From assembly GCA_977020255.1 (NCBI GenBank), contig CDROCS010006636.1, positions 1-64,000 on the forward strand: a stretch of 64,000 nucleotides of DNA, read 5' to 3'. The first letter of the stretch is position 1, and every line of letters starts with the position of its first letter. Of this stretch, positions 1 through 8,214 are shown piece by piece. This stretch comes from Obrimoposthia wandeli (lineage: Eukaryota). Below the pieces are notes generated by a model, which worked only from the letters and a program-made list of their open reading frames with translations, was not told the origin of the DNA and did not search any database. Both the position numbers and the translations under genes were made by a program.

Positions 1-1
1 T

Positions 2-133
2 ATCACGAAAAATAATGAAACTAAAGTTAATGCTGTTTACCTCAGTAATTTAAATTTCATGCTGGAAGAATTGCATGTAATTGATATACCTAAAGGTAAT
101 ATGACCAATTGTATTGGCACACAGCGTAGGTAA
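2..133 (+). CDS. possible 3' end of an upstream gene (partial, 43 codons)
   Basis: Frame open from the window edge to TAA at 131-133 (ITKNNETKV...GTQRR*); no recognisable motif. Confidence 0.3.
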   Translation: MTKNNETKVNAVYLSNLNFMLEELHVIDIPKGNMTNCIGTQRR

Positions 134-171
134 ATCAAACTGTAGTATTTAATTAACTAAAGGAATAAAAA

Positions 172-684
172 ATGAATAAAAGGATTTTATCTGCCATTTT
201 TGGCATTTTAGCAACATCGACTGCTTTAGCCGAAACATCGGGCTATTATGCAGGGGCATCATATCTCAGTGCTGAAACCGACTTAGCTGGAGAGTCTAAA
301 TATAATTCTGGTTATGACATTCACATAGGATACAAAATTAGTTCATCGTTTGCTGTTGAAGCTAGTTATCTTGATTTAGGCAGCTATGATTTAACCAAAT
401 CAAATACAAAATATTCAATAGATACCGATGCACTTTCAGTTTCCGCACTTTACACCTATCCGTTAGGCCGTTTTAATTTAATTGGAAAGCTAGGTTACCT
501 CTCTCAAAGTAGTGACATTTCAATAGTGCCAACCCTGGATAATTATTCTGATGAATCAGGTGGAGGGCTAGTTTTTGGCGCTGGTCTTTCGTATAAATTC
601 AATAAAAAAATAGAAATTAAAACTGAGTTTAATGTTGCATCATATACAAACTTCGCCGCTGTAGGTTTAAATTATTATTTCTAA
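172..684 (+). CDS. outer-membrane beta-barrel protein (OmpA-like transmembrane domain)
   Basis: Signal peptide (…STALA), alternating beta-strands, GYKISSSFAVEASY motif, C-terminal YYF. Confidence 0.85.
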   Translation: MNKRILSAIFGILATSTALAETSGYYAGASYLSAETDLAGESKYNSGYDIHIGYKISSSFAVEASYLDLGSYDLTKSNTKYSIDTDALSVSALYTYPLGRFNLIGKLGYLSQSSDISIVPTLDNYSDESGGGLVFGAGLSYKFNKKIEIKTEFNVASYTNFAAVGLNYYF

Positions 685-688
685 TTAA

Positions 689-787
689 AGCTAACAAGCC
701 AATCAAGCAGGACTAAAAACAGTTGGCTGTTTTGTTCTTCGCACATTTTAGCCAACCATTACTTAGCCTATTATTTGGGCGTTATAA
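689..787 (+). mobile_element. attC site (best preserved, 99 bp)
   Basis: AGCTAAC-AAGCCAATCAAGCAGGAC...ACAGTTGGCT...TTTTAGCCAAC...GCCTATTATTTGGGC-GTTATAA. Confidence 0.85.
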
Positions 788-796
788 CTCTCTTGG

Positions 797-1234
797 ATGT
801 CGAAACATATGAATCTTGTAGTAACTACTTCACCTACTGAGGAAGATCTTAAAGCATTAAGTGTCGGTATTGGCTCTTTTAATAAAGATTACCTACCTGA
901 TGAAGTTGGCTTTGAAAAAGACACTAGATTTGCTGTCATTGCTAAAGACGAAAATGGAAAAGTCTTAGGAGGCATTAGAGCAAATGCATTCTGGAACTAC
1001 TGCACTATTGAGTTGCTCTGGTTATCTAAAGAAACTAGAGGCTTAGGGCTTGGTAGCAATTTAATGGAAGCAGCTGAAAAATTTGCTAAAGATAAAGGGT
1101 TTGGCTACATGCGTACTGAAACTCTTAGCTTCCAAGCAAAACCTTTTTATGAAAAGCTAGGTTACAAGGTATTTGGTGAGTTACCTGATTATCCAAAAGG
1201 CCATACTACATATTGTTTAGTTAAAGAGTTATAA
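797..1234 (+). CDS. GNAT family N-acetyltransferase
   Basis: Motif A RGLGLGSNLM, TLSFQAKPFYEKLGY. Confidence 0.93.
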   Translation: MSKHMNLVVTTSPTEEDLKALSVGIGSFNKDYLPDEVGFEKDTRFAVIAKDENGKVLGGIRANAFWNYCTIELLWLSKETRGLGLGSNLMEAAEKFAKDKGFGYMRTETLSFQAKPFYEKLGYKVFGELPDYPKGHTTYCLVKEL

Positions 1235-1327
1235 CAAGCCAATTCAGACGGGACACGTAACAGTTAGCTGTTTTCGTTCCTCAACATTTTATCAAACTAA
1301 ATCCCCCTCATAACGAGGGAGCTAAGT
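1229..1327 (+). mobile_element. attC site, right end degenerate (99 bp)
   Basis: R'' TTATAAC overlaps the stop codon and is the exact complement of GTTATAA at 781; core ACAGTTAGCTG; right end GCTAAGT instead of GTT. Confidence 0.75.
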
Positions 1328-1417
1328 TTTCATCAATGTTCATTTTTGTTGAACTTTATGAGTAATAAATCACTCTATTACTCATAAATATTAGCATCAA
1401 AAATTTTAGGTTATTCT

Positions 1418-1624
1418 ATGAATAAATTTATTGTTTCCCTCTTGTTTGCAATCTTACTAACAGCTTGCAGTAACAAAGAATTATACCAAGTAGGTCAAGA
1501 CTACCAAAAAAGTGAGTGTGTCAATAATGCTCAAACTGAAGAGCAACATGCAGAATGTACCAATACTAAGAGTAAGTCTTACGAAGAGTATGAAAAAGAG
1601 CGCAAAACGGTTATTAAAAAATAA
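1418..1624 (+). CDS. small lipoprotein, hypothetical
   Basis: Lipobox LTAC; 68 aa; two further Cys. Confidence 0.8.
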   Translation: MNKFIVSLLFAILLTACSNKELYQVGQDYQKSECVNNAQTEEQHAECTNTKSKSYEEYEKERKTVIKK

Positions 1625-1717
1625 CTGTTAGCTGTTGCGTCGATCATTTTGGTCAACAATATTATTGCCCTAAATGAGGGCTTACCGAGTAATGTAAATT
1701 TTTAGGATAGGCGTAGT

Positions 1718-2173
1718 ATGATCAATCAACTTGATAATTTGAATGAAGAAGTAGCAAACCAAATTTTCACTGTATTTCAAAATTCTTATAAAATTGAAGC
1801 TCAACTTATAGGTACTCTCGATTTTCCTCCTCTATCGAGAAGTGCTAAAGATATAGAAAATTCAAAAACATTATTTTATGGCTTTAGTGAGAATGAATGT
1901 CTCGCTGCAGTTATAGAGATTGTTATAGAAAATCAGCATTTAGAAATTAATAGTTTCACTGTTGACCCTAATTATTTTAGGAAAGGTATCGCAGATAAAT
2001 TAATAACCTATGTTCTAGAGAAATTCGATTTTTCAGAGGCAATTGTAGAAACAGCTGTTGTAAATACTCCAGCAATCAATTTATACAAGAAACATGGCTT
2101 TGTTGAATTCAAAAGGTGGACTCCATCTCATGGCATTGAAAAACTTGCAATGTCGGTGGAATCAGCGCTATAA
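1718..2173 (+). CDS. GNAT family N-acetyltransferase
   Basis: VDPNYFRKGIA motif A; NTPAINLYKKHGF motif B. Confidence 0.92.
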   Translation: MINQLDNLNEEVANQIFTVFQNSYKIEAQLIGTLDFPPLSRSAKDIENSKTLFYGFSENECLAAVIEIVIENQHLEINSFTVDPNYFRKGIADKLITYVLEKFDFSEAIVETAVVNTPAINLYKKHGFVEFKRWTPSHGIEKLAMSVESAL

Positions 2174-2266
2174 CAATCAATTCAGGCGGGACAAAATACA
2201 GCTTGCTGTTTTCGCCTAGCTCAATACTTTTGACAACAATTATGTGCCCTTTAGTGGGCGTTATAT
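2168..2266 (+). mobile_element. attC site (intact-looking, 99 bp)
   Basis: CTATAAC-AATCAATTCAGGCGGGAC...GCCCTTTAGTGGGC-GTTATAT. Confidence 0.85.
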
Positions 2267-2280
2267 GAAATGGAGTTTAT

Positions 2281-2457
2281 ATGAAAATTTTCGGTTTGTT
2301 TCTCGCTTTATTTATATCGGCCTGTACATATTCTCCTGGAGGTAGCGGCGTTAATAGCCAAGACTGCTCTCAGGTTCAAAGAGAATGTATACGTGGCGTG
2401 TATAGTGAATGGTTCCAAAAAAATGGTGATTTAGCTTGTACTTGTTCTGGTACTTAA
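2281..2457 (+). CDS. 58-aa Cys-rich lipoprotein (absent from ORF track)
   Basis: Translated by hand: MKIFGLFLALFISACTYSPGGSGVNSQDCSQVQRECIRGVYSEWFQKNGDLACTCSGT*; GGAG RBS; lipobox ISAC; lies between two attC sites. Confidence 0.8.
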   Translation: MKIFGLFLALFISACTYSPGGSGVNSQDCSQVQRECIRGVYSEWFQKNGDLACTCSGT

Positions 2458-2462
2458 TTTTC

Positions 2463-2513
2463 ATATGACAAGATAATAAAACGGGACTGCCAGCTCTTAC
2501 TAGGACGTTAGTT
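2463..2513 (+). mobile_element. internally deleted attC remnant
   Basis: ATATGAC (1 mismatch to the complement of GTTATAT at 2260) - AAGATAATAAAACGGGAC ... GGAC-GTTAGTT. Confidence 0.6.
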
Positions 2514-2559
2514 TTATAATAAAACAATCGTTCAACTTTACACAAAGGAATTATTATCG

Positions 2560-2823
2560 GTGAGTTCCCTAAAAAAGGATGATTATTATAGAATATTAAT
2601 ACTTTCTATTAAGAATACTCTTTATTTTATAGTGCCATTAACGGTGTTAATGTTTTTTATTGAAATTGGATTTGAACTTAATGAAGGCGGTTCTATAACG
2701 TTATTTTTTACGCCAGAATTCATTATTAATTTTATATTCCATGAGTTAATACTCAGTTTATATTTTGTTCTATTTCTATTAACTTTTGCAATCCGTTTAA
2801 TATTACTTAAGACTAGAAAATAG
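2560..2823 (+). CDS. hypothetical membrane protein (2 TM)
   Basis: Two hydrophobic segments, basic C-terminus, cassette position. Confidence 0.7.
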   Translation: MSSLKKDDYYRILILSIKNTLYFIVPLTVLMFFIEIGFELNEGGSITLFFTPEFIINFIFHELILSLYFVLFLLTFAIRLILLKTRK

Positions 2824-2906
2824 CAACATAACAAATAATTCAGCCCATTATTATTTAACCAGTTATCAAGGCATTAACAGTATGGCAGGTATCTGTCGTT
2901 AAATTT

Positions 2907-3149
2907 ATGGATAAACTAATGAATCTTAGCTTTAAAAATACCATCGTAACCCTAGGTTTATTCTTTATATTTATAGGCATTGTCTTTCTAACTGTAGAAA
3001 ACACGTTTTATCAATACCTTGACGAAAATCTTGTTCTTCATGAAAGTTTATTTTTGCCACTGGGTGTTTTAACAATAATTATAGGTACATTATTACTTGT
3101 TTATTCAGTCCTTAAAAAAACATTCAAGTCATTGAATAAAAGAAGTTAA
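2907..3149 (+). CDS. DUF3955-like small membrane protein
   Basis: ENTFYQYLDENLVLHESLFLPLG between two TM helices (family recalled, not searched). Confidence 0.75.
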   Translation: MDKLMNLSFKNTIVTLGLFFIFIGIVFLTVENTFYQYLDENLVLHESLFLPLGVLTIIIGTLLLVYSVLKKTFKSLNKRS

Positions 3150-3152
3150 TTC

Positions 3153-3254
3153 ACATAACCAACAGTTCAACACAACAATAAATTGTTGGCTACATTCTAT
3201 TTCACTACACAGTTTTACTCACTCTATTATTTACCTCTTAGTAAAATGTTATTT
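3153..3254 (+). mobile_element. degenerate attC site
   Basis: ACATAAC...TTGTTGGCT...ACCTCTTAGTAAAAT-GTTATTT, 102 bp. Confidence 0.55.
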
Positions 3255-3393
3255 GCCTTAAGTGCTCTGTGCACGCCTTATTGTTCCTATTCTGAAGCAG
3301 TTACGGGTACTGTTGATGCAATGAGTAGCGCATTCTGCTGGGAAATACCGTATTCTAAGGCTTAAGTCTTGAAGTTAAGTTAGGAGAATACTA

Positions 3394-3540
3394 GTGGCTA
3401 AGCAAAATTACTCTTTCGAAAAACGCCAGAAAGAAATAGCTAAAAAGAAAAAGAAAGAAGAGAAACGCTTGAAGAAAGCAGGTGTGGACAATGAACAACC
3501 GCAGGAATCTCAGCCTACTGAGGGTGCCGACAGCGAATAA
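3394..3540 (+). CDS. 48-aa basic/acidic small protein (absent from ORF track)
   Basis: AGGAGA RBS at 3382, GTG start; MAKQNYSFEKRQKEIAKKKKKEEKRLKKAGVDNEQPQESQPTEGADSE*; stop lies inside the R'' box GAATAAC. Confidence 0.8.
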   Translation: MAKQNYSFEKRQKEIAKKKKKEEKRLKKAGVDNEQPQESQPTEGADSE

Positions 3541-3633
3541 CATGTTGTTCAACCGAGATAGAATACAGTTGGCTGCTTTAGATCCGTTTAATATCTAGCC
3601 AACTGTTATCACTACCTTAAATGGGTATTACAT
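3535..3633 (+). mobile_element. attC site with mutated crossover (99 bp)
   Basis: GAATAAC...ACAGTTGGCTG...TCTAGCCAACTG...AATGGGT-ATTACAT. Confidence 0.7.
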
Positions 3634-3637
3634 ATCC

Positions 3638-4168
3638 ATGGAGCTTCGATTGTATAGAGCACTAATAATTATAGGCGTTTTTCTTCTTAGTAGCTGCTTA
3701 GGCATGCCTAAATTGGTCAAGCCAGTATCAGATTTTGAATTAAATAATTATTTGGGTAAATGGTATGAAATCGCTCGGCTTGACCATTCTTTTGAACGAG
3801 GATTGAGTCAAGTTACCGCTGAATATAGCACAAAGAATGATGGTGGTGTTTCAGTTCTCAACCGTGGATTTTCCGCCTCGGATAATGAGTGGCAAGAAGC
3901 CGAAGGAAAGGCTTATTTTATCAATGAAAACACCGAGGGATATTTAAAAGTATCATTTTTTGGGCCCTTTTACGGCTCTTATGTTATTTTTGAGTTAGAT
4001 CATGAACACTATCAATATGCTTTTATTTCAGGACCAAACTCTGATTATCTCTGGCTTTTATCAAGAACGCCTACTGTTGAAGCTGAGGTGCTTGAAAAAT
4101 TTATCACTATGTCAAAAGAACGTGGTTTTAAAGTAGAAGATATAATCTACGTAGAGCAGGACGACTAG
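3638..4168 (+). CDS. blc: bacterial lipocalin (outer-membrane lipoprotein)
   Basis: Lipobox LSSC; YLGKWYEIARLDHSFERG and YLWLLSRTP lipocalin motifs. Confidence 0.93.
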   Translation: MELRLYRALIIIGVFLLSSCLGMPKLVKPVSDFELNNYLGKWYEIARLDHSFERGLSQVTAEYSTKNDGGVSVLNRGFSASDNEWQEAEGKAYFINENTEGYLKVSFFGPFYGSYVIFELDHEHYQYAFISGPNSDYLWLLSRTPTVEAEVLEKFITMSKERGFKVEDIIYVEQDD

Positions 4169-4268
4169 TTAACAAGGCAATTTAGTTGGATTCGTAGCAA
4201 ATTTCTCGGCTCCACTTTGTTTCACCATTTTATCAAACAATTAAATACCGCATACTGCGGCGTTATGT
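4167..4268 (+). mobile_element. attC site (102 bp)
   Basis: AGTTAAC-AAGGCAATTTAGTTGGA...CCGCATACTGCGGC-GTTATGT. Confidence 0.8.
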
Positions 4269-4293
4269 TTACATTAAATTATGGAGAATTATC

Positions 4294-4527
4294 ATGACTA
4301 AACCAGTACGAGCATCTAATACCCCCTTTGCAGTAGAAGTTGAAGAAGGTAAAAAATATTCTTGGTGTTCTTGTGGTAAGAGTGAGAAACAACCATTTTG
4401 TGATGGTTCTCATAAAGGCTCTGAATTCTCGCCGGTAAGATTTACCGCAACAGAGTCTAAAAAATTATTTTTTTGTGGTTGTAAGCTCACGGCATCACAA
4501 CCATTGTGTGATGGTAGTCATAAATAA
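4294..4527 (+). CDS. CDGSH iron-sulfur domain protein (two CDGSH motifs)
   Basis: WCSCGKSEKQPFCDGSH and FCGCKLTASQPLCDGSH. Confidence 0.95.
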   Translation: MTKPVRASNTPFAVEVEEGKKYSWCSCGKSEKQPFCDGSHKGSEFSPVRFTATESKKLFFCGCKLTASQPLCDGSHK

Positions 4528-4625
4528 ACCTTACAAAAGATAAGTAAAAATACGTAGCTGTTGGTTACTTTCCACTTAGTTTACATTGTAGCCAACTATT
4601 ATAAGCCCTCTCTTGGGCATTATAT
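4528..4625 (+). mobile_element. attC site with mutated crossover
   Basis: ACCTTAC...CTGTTGGTT...GTAGCCAACT...AGCCCTCTCTTGGGC-ATTATAT. Confidence 0.7.
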
Positions 4626-4642
4626 TTATCGAGGGAATTCTT

Positions 4643-4957
4643 ATGATTTCGTGGCCATGCACACTAAAGTTAGATGGCGATGACGAGTTGATTTACTTGG
4701 GTTCTGAGCAAGATTTTATTTCTGAATGCCGTGAATTACTCCTGTGTGATAACGACTATGTTATTGACTCTGTTGGCAATAGCTATTTAATCGAGTCAAC
4801 TTCAGGGAAGCTATCGCTAATCAAAACAAAGCGGATATTAGTTGCAAACGAAGTGACGAGTTTAATACGCGCTCATGAGTTTAAAAAGGCTAGTCTTTGC
4901 CTCACTAAAATTCACTTTCTAACTGTCTCTGATGCTATTGAGTCATTGACCTATTGA
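4643..4957 (+). CDS. DUF4144-like hypothetical protein
   Basis: MISWPCTLKLDGDDELIYL N-terminus; start moved to the ATG after the GAGG RBS. Confidence 0.75.
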   Translation: MISWPCTLKLDGDDELIYLGSEQDFISECRELLLCDNDYVIDSVGNSYLIESTSGKLSLIKTKRILVANEVTSLIRAHEFKKASLCLTKIHFLTVSDAIESLTY

Positions 4958-4963
4958 TAGTAA

Positions 4964-5081
4964 AAATAACGAACCACTTACGTAACGACAAACTAATAAA
5001 CTAGCACAAAATACCGTTGGCTTTTTCCTTCGTCACTTACTCTAGCCAATTAAACTTTGTCCATAAGCTAGATCGCTAAGC
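4964..5081 (+). mobile_element. degenerate attC site
   Basis: AAATAAC...CCGTTGGCT...TCTAGCCAATT...GATC-GCTAAGC. Confidence 0.55.
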
Positions 5082-5102
5082 TTTATAAGTACAGGAGGCT
5101 TC

Positions 5103-5678
5103 ATGAATTTTTATGATGACCCAGTAAATGTCAAAAAGTACATTAAAATGTGCAACGGTTATGATGGAACTAATATCTATAAGCTTCTGAGCAAGTCATT
5201 GCCAGTTGGCTCGACATTACTTGAGTTAGGCTCAGGTGGTGGGTTGGATATTGAGTATTTAAAGAGAGTTTATTCAATTACGGGATCTGATTTATCAGAA
5301 GCCTTCTTGAACGTTTGTAAAGAAAAACATCCTGAAGTCCCTTTTATAAAGCTCAATGCGAAAAATCTTGAATTGAGTGAACTATATGATTGTATTTATT
5401 CAAATAAAGTACTTCACCATTTCACTAAAGAAGAATTAAAAGAGTCTCTTTTACAACAAACAAAGTTTTTATCTTCTAGAGGTCTTATAGCCCATTCATT
5501 CTGGCTGGGTGACGAAGATGAAGAAATGAATGGTTTGTTATTTACTTACTATAATCGAGCCGAACTAATCAGTATTATTTCAGAATCATACGACATACTC
5601 TCTACGCTGAGTTATCAAGAATTTAAAGAAGATGATTCACTGTTTGTAGTAGCGAGAATAAAAGAAGTCAAAGAGTAA
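5103..5678 (+). CDS. class I SAM-dependent methyltransferase
   Basis: LLELGSGGG motif I; YDCIYSNKVLHH. Confidence 0.92.
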   Translation: MNFYDDPVNVKKYIKMCNGYDGTNIYKLLSKSLPVGSTLLELGSGGGLDIEYLKRVYSITGSDLSEAFLNVCKEKHPEVPFIKLNAKNLELSELYDCIYSNKVLHHFTKEELKESLLQQTKFLSSRGLIAHSFWLGDEDEEMNGLLFTYYNRAELISIISESYDILSTLSYQEFKEDDSLFVVARIKEVKE

Positions 5679-5780
5679 CAGATTCATAACAACCACATTA
5701 AATTTAAAGGCATTGTCAGCTTCTATTAGATTAGATATAGAACTATAATTGTCAGGAACTGCACAAAGAATCAGGTATTC

Positions 5781-6134
5781 ATGAACAATAATAAAGAGAT
5801 AGTCGACAGTCTGCGTGAGCGTATTCCGACATTTAAATGTACACCCGGCTGTCACGATTGTTGCGGACCAGTAACAACGTCTTCAGAAGAAATGTCTCGC
5901 CTGCCGGTGAAAACTGACGCTGAGCATGAGGCCGCATTAGACCAATATAATTGCGTACATTTGGGCCCTAATGGTTGTAAAGTTTATGACGAACGTCCGT
6001 TGATCTGCCGCGTATTTGGCACCACACCGAATATGCCCTGCCCCAATGGTTGTCGACCAGAAGAAATGATTGACTCTAAAATTGAGCGTCATATCCATCA
6101 CTACATCAAGAATACACGACAAGTATTAGTGTAA
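5781..6134 (+). CDS. YkgJ-family cysteine cluster (Fe-S/Zn) protein
   Basis: CxxGCxxCCG...CVHL...CxVYDERPLICR. Confidence 0.92.
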   Translation: MNNNKEIVDSLRERIPTFKCTPGCHDCCGPVTTSSEEMSRLPVKTDAEHEAALDQYNCVHLGPNGCKVYDERPLICRVFGTTPNMPCPNGCRPEEMIDSKIERHIHHYIKNTRQVLV

Positions 6135-6206
6135 GTAATCAAAAAGGTGTTTTAACTTAAGTAAGCACGTCATAGTCCAGAAAGCTCATTAAACGGGCAT
6201 TTTATT

Positions 6207-6770
6207 TTGAATCAAAAGGTGGAGAATATGGATAAAGCACTTCAAACAATGATTAATAATATGCCTGAGAAAACAGGAAAGAAGTTAGAAGAGTGGCTTA
6301 AAATCTTGCATAAAGAAAACCTAGAAAAACATTCAATGGCTGTGAGTTTTTTGAAAACTGAATACGGATTAACGCATGGATTTGCCAACACAATAGTCAC
6401 TTTATCAAAAGAAAAAAATGAATCTTCTGAAGACTTGGTGGTAAATCAATATATTGGTAAAGAGTCACTTACACCAATTTATAACCTGCTGATTTCTACC
6501 ATCGTAAAACTTGGTAGCGATGTTATAATTACGCCAAAAAAAGGCAGTGTGAGTTTAATTAGAAAAAAACAATTTGCCTTAATAAAACCTGCAACCAAAA
6601 CAAGAATAGATTTAGGCTTAAAACTAAAAGATGTTGAAGTCCAAGGCCGCCTTGAGAATTCAGGTCCTTTTGGAACTATGTGCACTCATAGAATACAACT
6701 AAAAAACATTGCTGATATTGATGTTGAAGTCATTAAATGGCTTTCGATGGCGTATGGTAAATCTGTATAG
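6207..6770 (+). CDS. DUF4287/DUF5655 domain protein
   Basis: EKTGKKLEEW...LKTEYGLTHGFANTIV; KKGSVSL...FA C-terminal domain. Confidence 0.85.
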   Translation: MNQKVENMDKALQTMINNMPEKTGKKLEEWLKILHKENLEKHSMAVSFLKTEYGLTHGFANTIVTLSKEKNESSEDLVVNQYIGKESLTPIYNLLISTIVKLGSDVIITPKKGSVSLIRKKQFALIKPATKTRIDLGLKLKDVEVQGRLENSGPFGTMCTHRIQLKNIADIDVEVIKWLSMAYGKSV

Positions 6771-7027
6771 TTAACACATGATAAATGGTTAAATAAACAT
6801 AGATACAGTTGACTGTTATCGCTTCTATACAATATTTAAGCCGACTGGATTTACCCGCCACATTTATCTGCTTGAATAGTCGGTATACATATCAGTGCAC
6901 TGGGTAAATAAAGCCTCCACTTAACTTCTCGAAAAAACTTTTCATCATGATGTCGGTGTTCCAAGAGGAATATGCGAAATATGCGTGAGACTTATTTAAT
7001 TAAAATATAAAACTTTTAGGAATATTA

Positions 7028-7555
7028 ATGAACATTGAAAAATCATTAGCCCTCATACCTGAACTCAAAGACCAAGTAGATCTGTTCAAAGCAACATTCA
7101 CCCAAGAAAATCACCTCTCAGAAGAGAATAGAAAAATAGTCGCATGGGCAACAGCTATTGCTAGCCAATCTAAAGAAGTAACAAATTTTATTAAATCTGA
7201 AGTTGGTGAGTTATCCGATTCAGATAAAAAGATTGTTCTTAGCGCGAGTAGCAGAATGGCGGTAACAAACCCTTACTTCATGAGCAGAAATGCTCATCCA
7301 TTGAAAGCTGGGGGAACTCTAGATTCACTAATGATGAGACCATTTCAAGATCTTAATATTGAAAACTCACAAGGTTACCATTATGCCTGTATCGCGATAT
7401 CACTAATCAATAATGGCTTTGTATGCTTCAACAGTCATATAAGTAGCCTTAAAGCAGATTCACAAAAGGATGCTGCAATTGATCAAGCTATGAGACTGGT
7501 GGCTTCTATTTGTGCAATAAAACAACTGCTATTTAATGAACACATTTTTCAATAA
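7028..7555 (+). CDS. AhpD/carboxymuconolactone decarboxylase family protein
   Basis: AhpD-like layout: AWATAIA, MAVTNPYF, AISLINNGFVCFNSH. Confidence 0.75.
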   Translation: MNIEKSLALIPELKDQVDLFKATFTQENHLSEENRKIVAWATAIASQSKEVTNFIKSEVGELSDSDKKIVLSASSRMAVTNPYFMSRNAHPLKAGGTLDSLMMRPFQDLNIENSQGYHYACIAISLINNGFVCFNSHISSLKADSQKDAAIDQAMRLVASICAIKQLLFNEHIFQ

Positions 7556-7576
7556 CCAACAGCAGCTTATTTCACA

Positions 7577-7719
7577 TATACCCGTTACCAATCAAAGTGC
7601 AGAATTTCAGTGGGAATTAAAACCACTTTAGGCAAGGTAAATAATTTAAGCATAGTCATTCTATGGTTTGATTATTTAACGCCGTATAAAATGATTTTAA
7701 ACCCATCAAAGAAGCGCTT
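7577..7719 (+). mobile_element. truncated ERIC-like MITE (left half of the 26791 family) inserted in an attC site
   Basis: TATACCCGTTACCAATC...CATAGTCATTCTATG...GAAGCGCTT, colinear with 26791-26933; flanked by R'' CAATAAC (7550) and an attC right half (7720-7765). Confidence 0.85.
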
Positions 7720-7765
7720 CACATTTTAGCTCACTATTACTTAGCCCCTTATTTGGGCATTATAC
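7720..7765 (+). mobile_element. right half of an attC site with mutated crossover
   Basis: CACATTTTAGCTCACTATTACTTAGCCCCTTATTTGGGC-ATTATAC, nearly identical to 742-787. Confidence 0.8.
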
Positions 7766-7783
7766 AAATCAGGAACTTTAGTT

Positions 7784-8059
7784 ATGGAATCCATTTTAGC
7801 CTTTTTAATCTTGTTTTATTTGGTTGCTTTTGCTTATGACAAAACAATTGATAATGAGATCAAAGGTAATCAAGCATTAGCGAATAAGTTAACCGAGTTT
7901 AAATACTTTCATTCATTTCAATCACGTCCAAAAGCACTATCTTGCGTGTTGAGTTTCAAATTTTTTGGTATCTCAACTGCGTTAAATATTGTTGGTAGTG
8001 TCTTTTCATTAATGATGTATTTCGGTTTAGTTGTTGGACTATATTTACTGGTTCAATAG
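7784..8059 (+). CDS. hypothetical membrane protein
   Basis: N- and C-terminal hydrophobic segments; AGGAA RBS; follows an attC. Confidence 0.6.
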   Translation: MESILAFLILFYLVAFAYDKTIDNEIKGNQALANKLTEFKYFHSFQSRPKALSCVLSFKFFGISTALNIVGSVFSLMMYFGLVVGLYLLVQ

Positions 8060-8097
8060 AGCTCAACAGTCAGTGTCAACTGCCCGAAATAGACAAT

Positions 8098-8164
8098 CAA
8101 TACCTTGCCTAAAACCGGTTCTAATGTAAGCTGAATTCTGCATTTTAGGTAACATGAGGGTATA
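8098..8164 (-). mobile_element. ERIC-like MITE end, inverted
   Basis: Reverse complement TATACCCTCATGTTACC...TGCAGAATTCAG...TTTAGGCAAGG resembles the left end at 7577/26791. Confidence 0.65.
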
Positions 8165-8214
8165 TAGTTTTGTATGGCTTTTATATGACTTTTAAACGAA
8201 AAAATGGGTAATCG

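Noticed and set aside
2351-2545. Minus-strand 64-aa ORF
   Set aside because: Overlaps the better-supported plus-strand lipoprotein and an attC remnant
3183-3365. 60-aa ORF MLATFYFTTQ...
   Set aside because: Starts inside an attC, no RBS; better explained as attC plus the leader of 3394-3540
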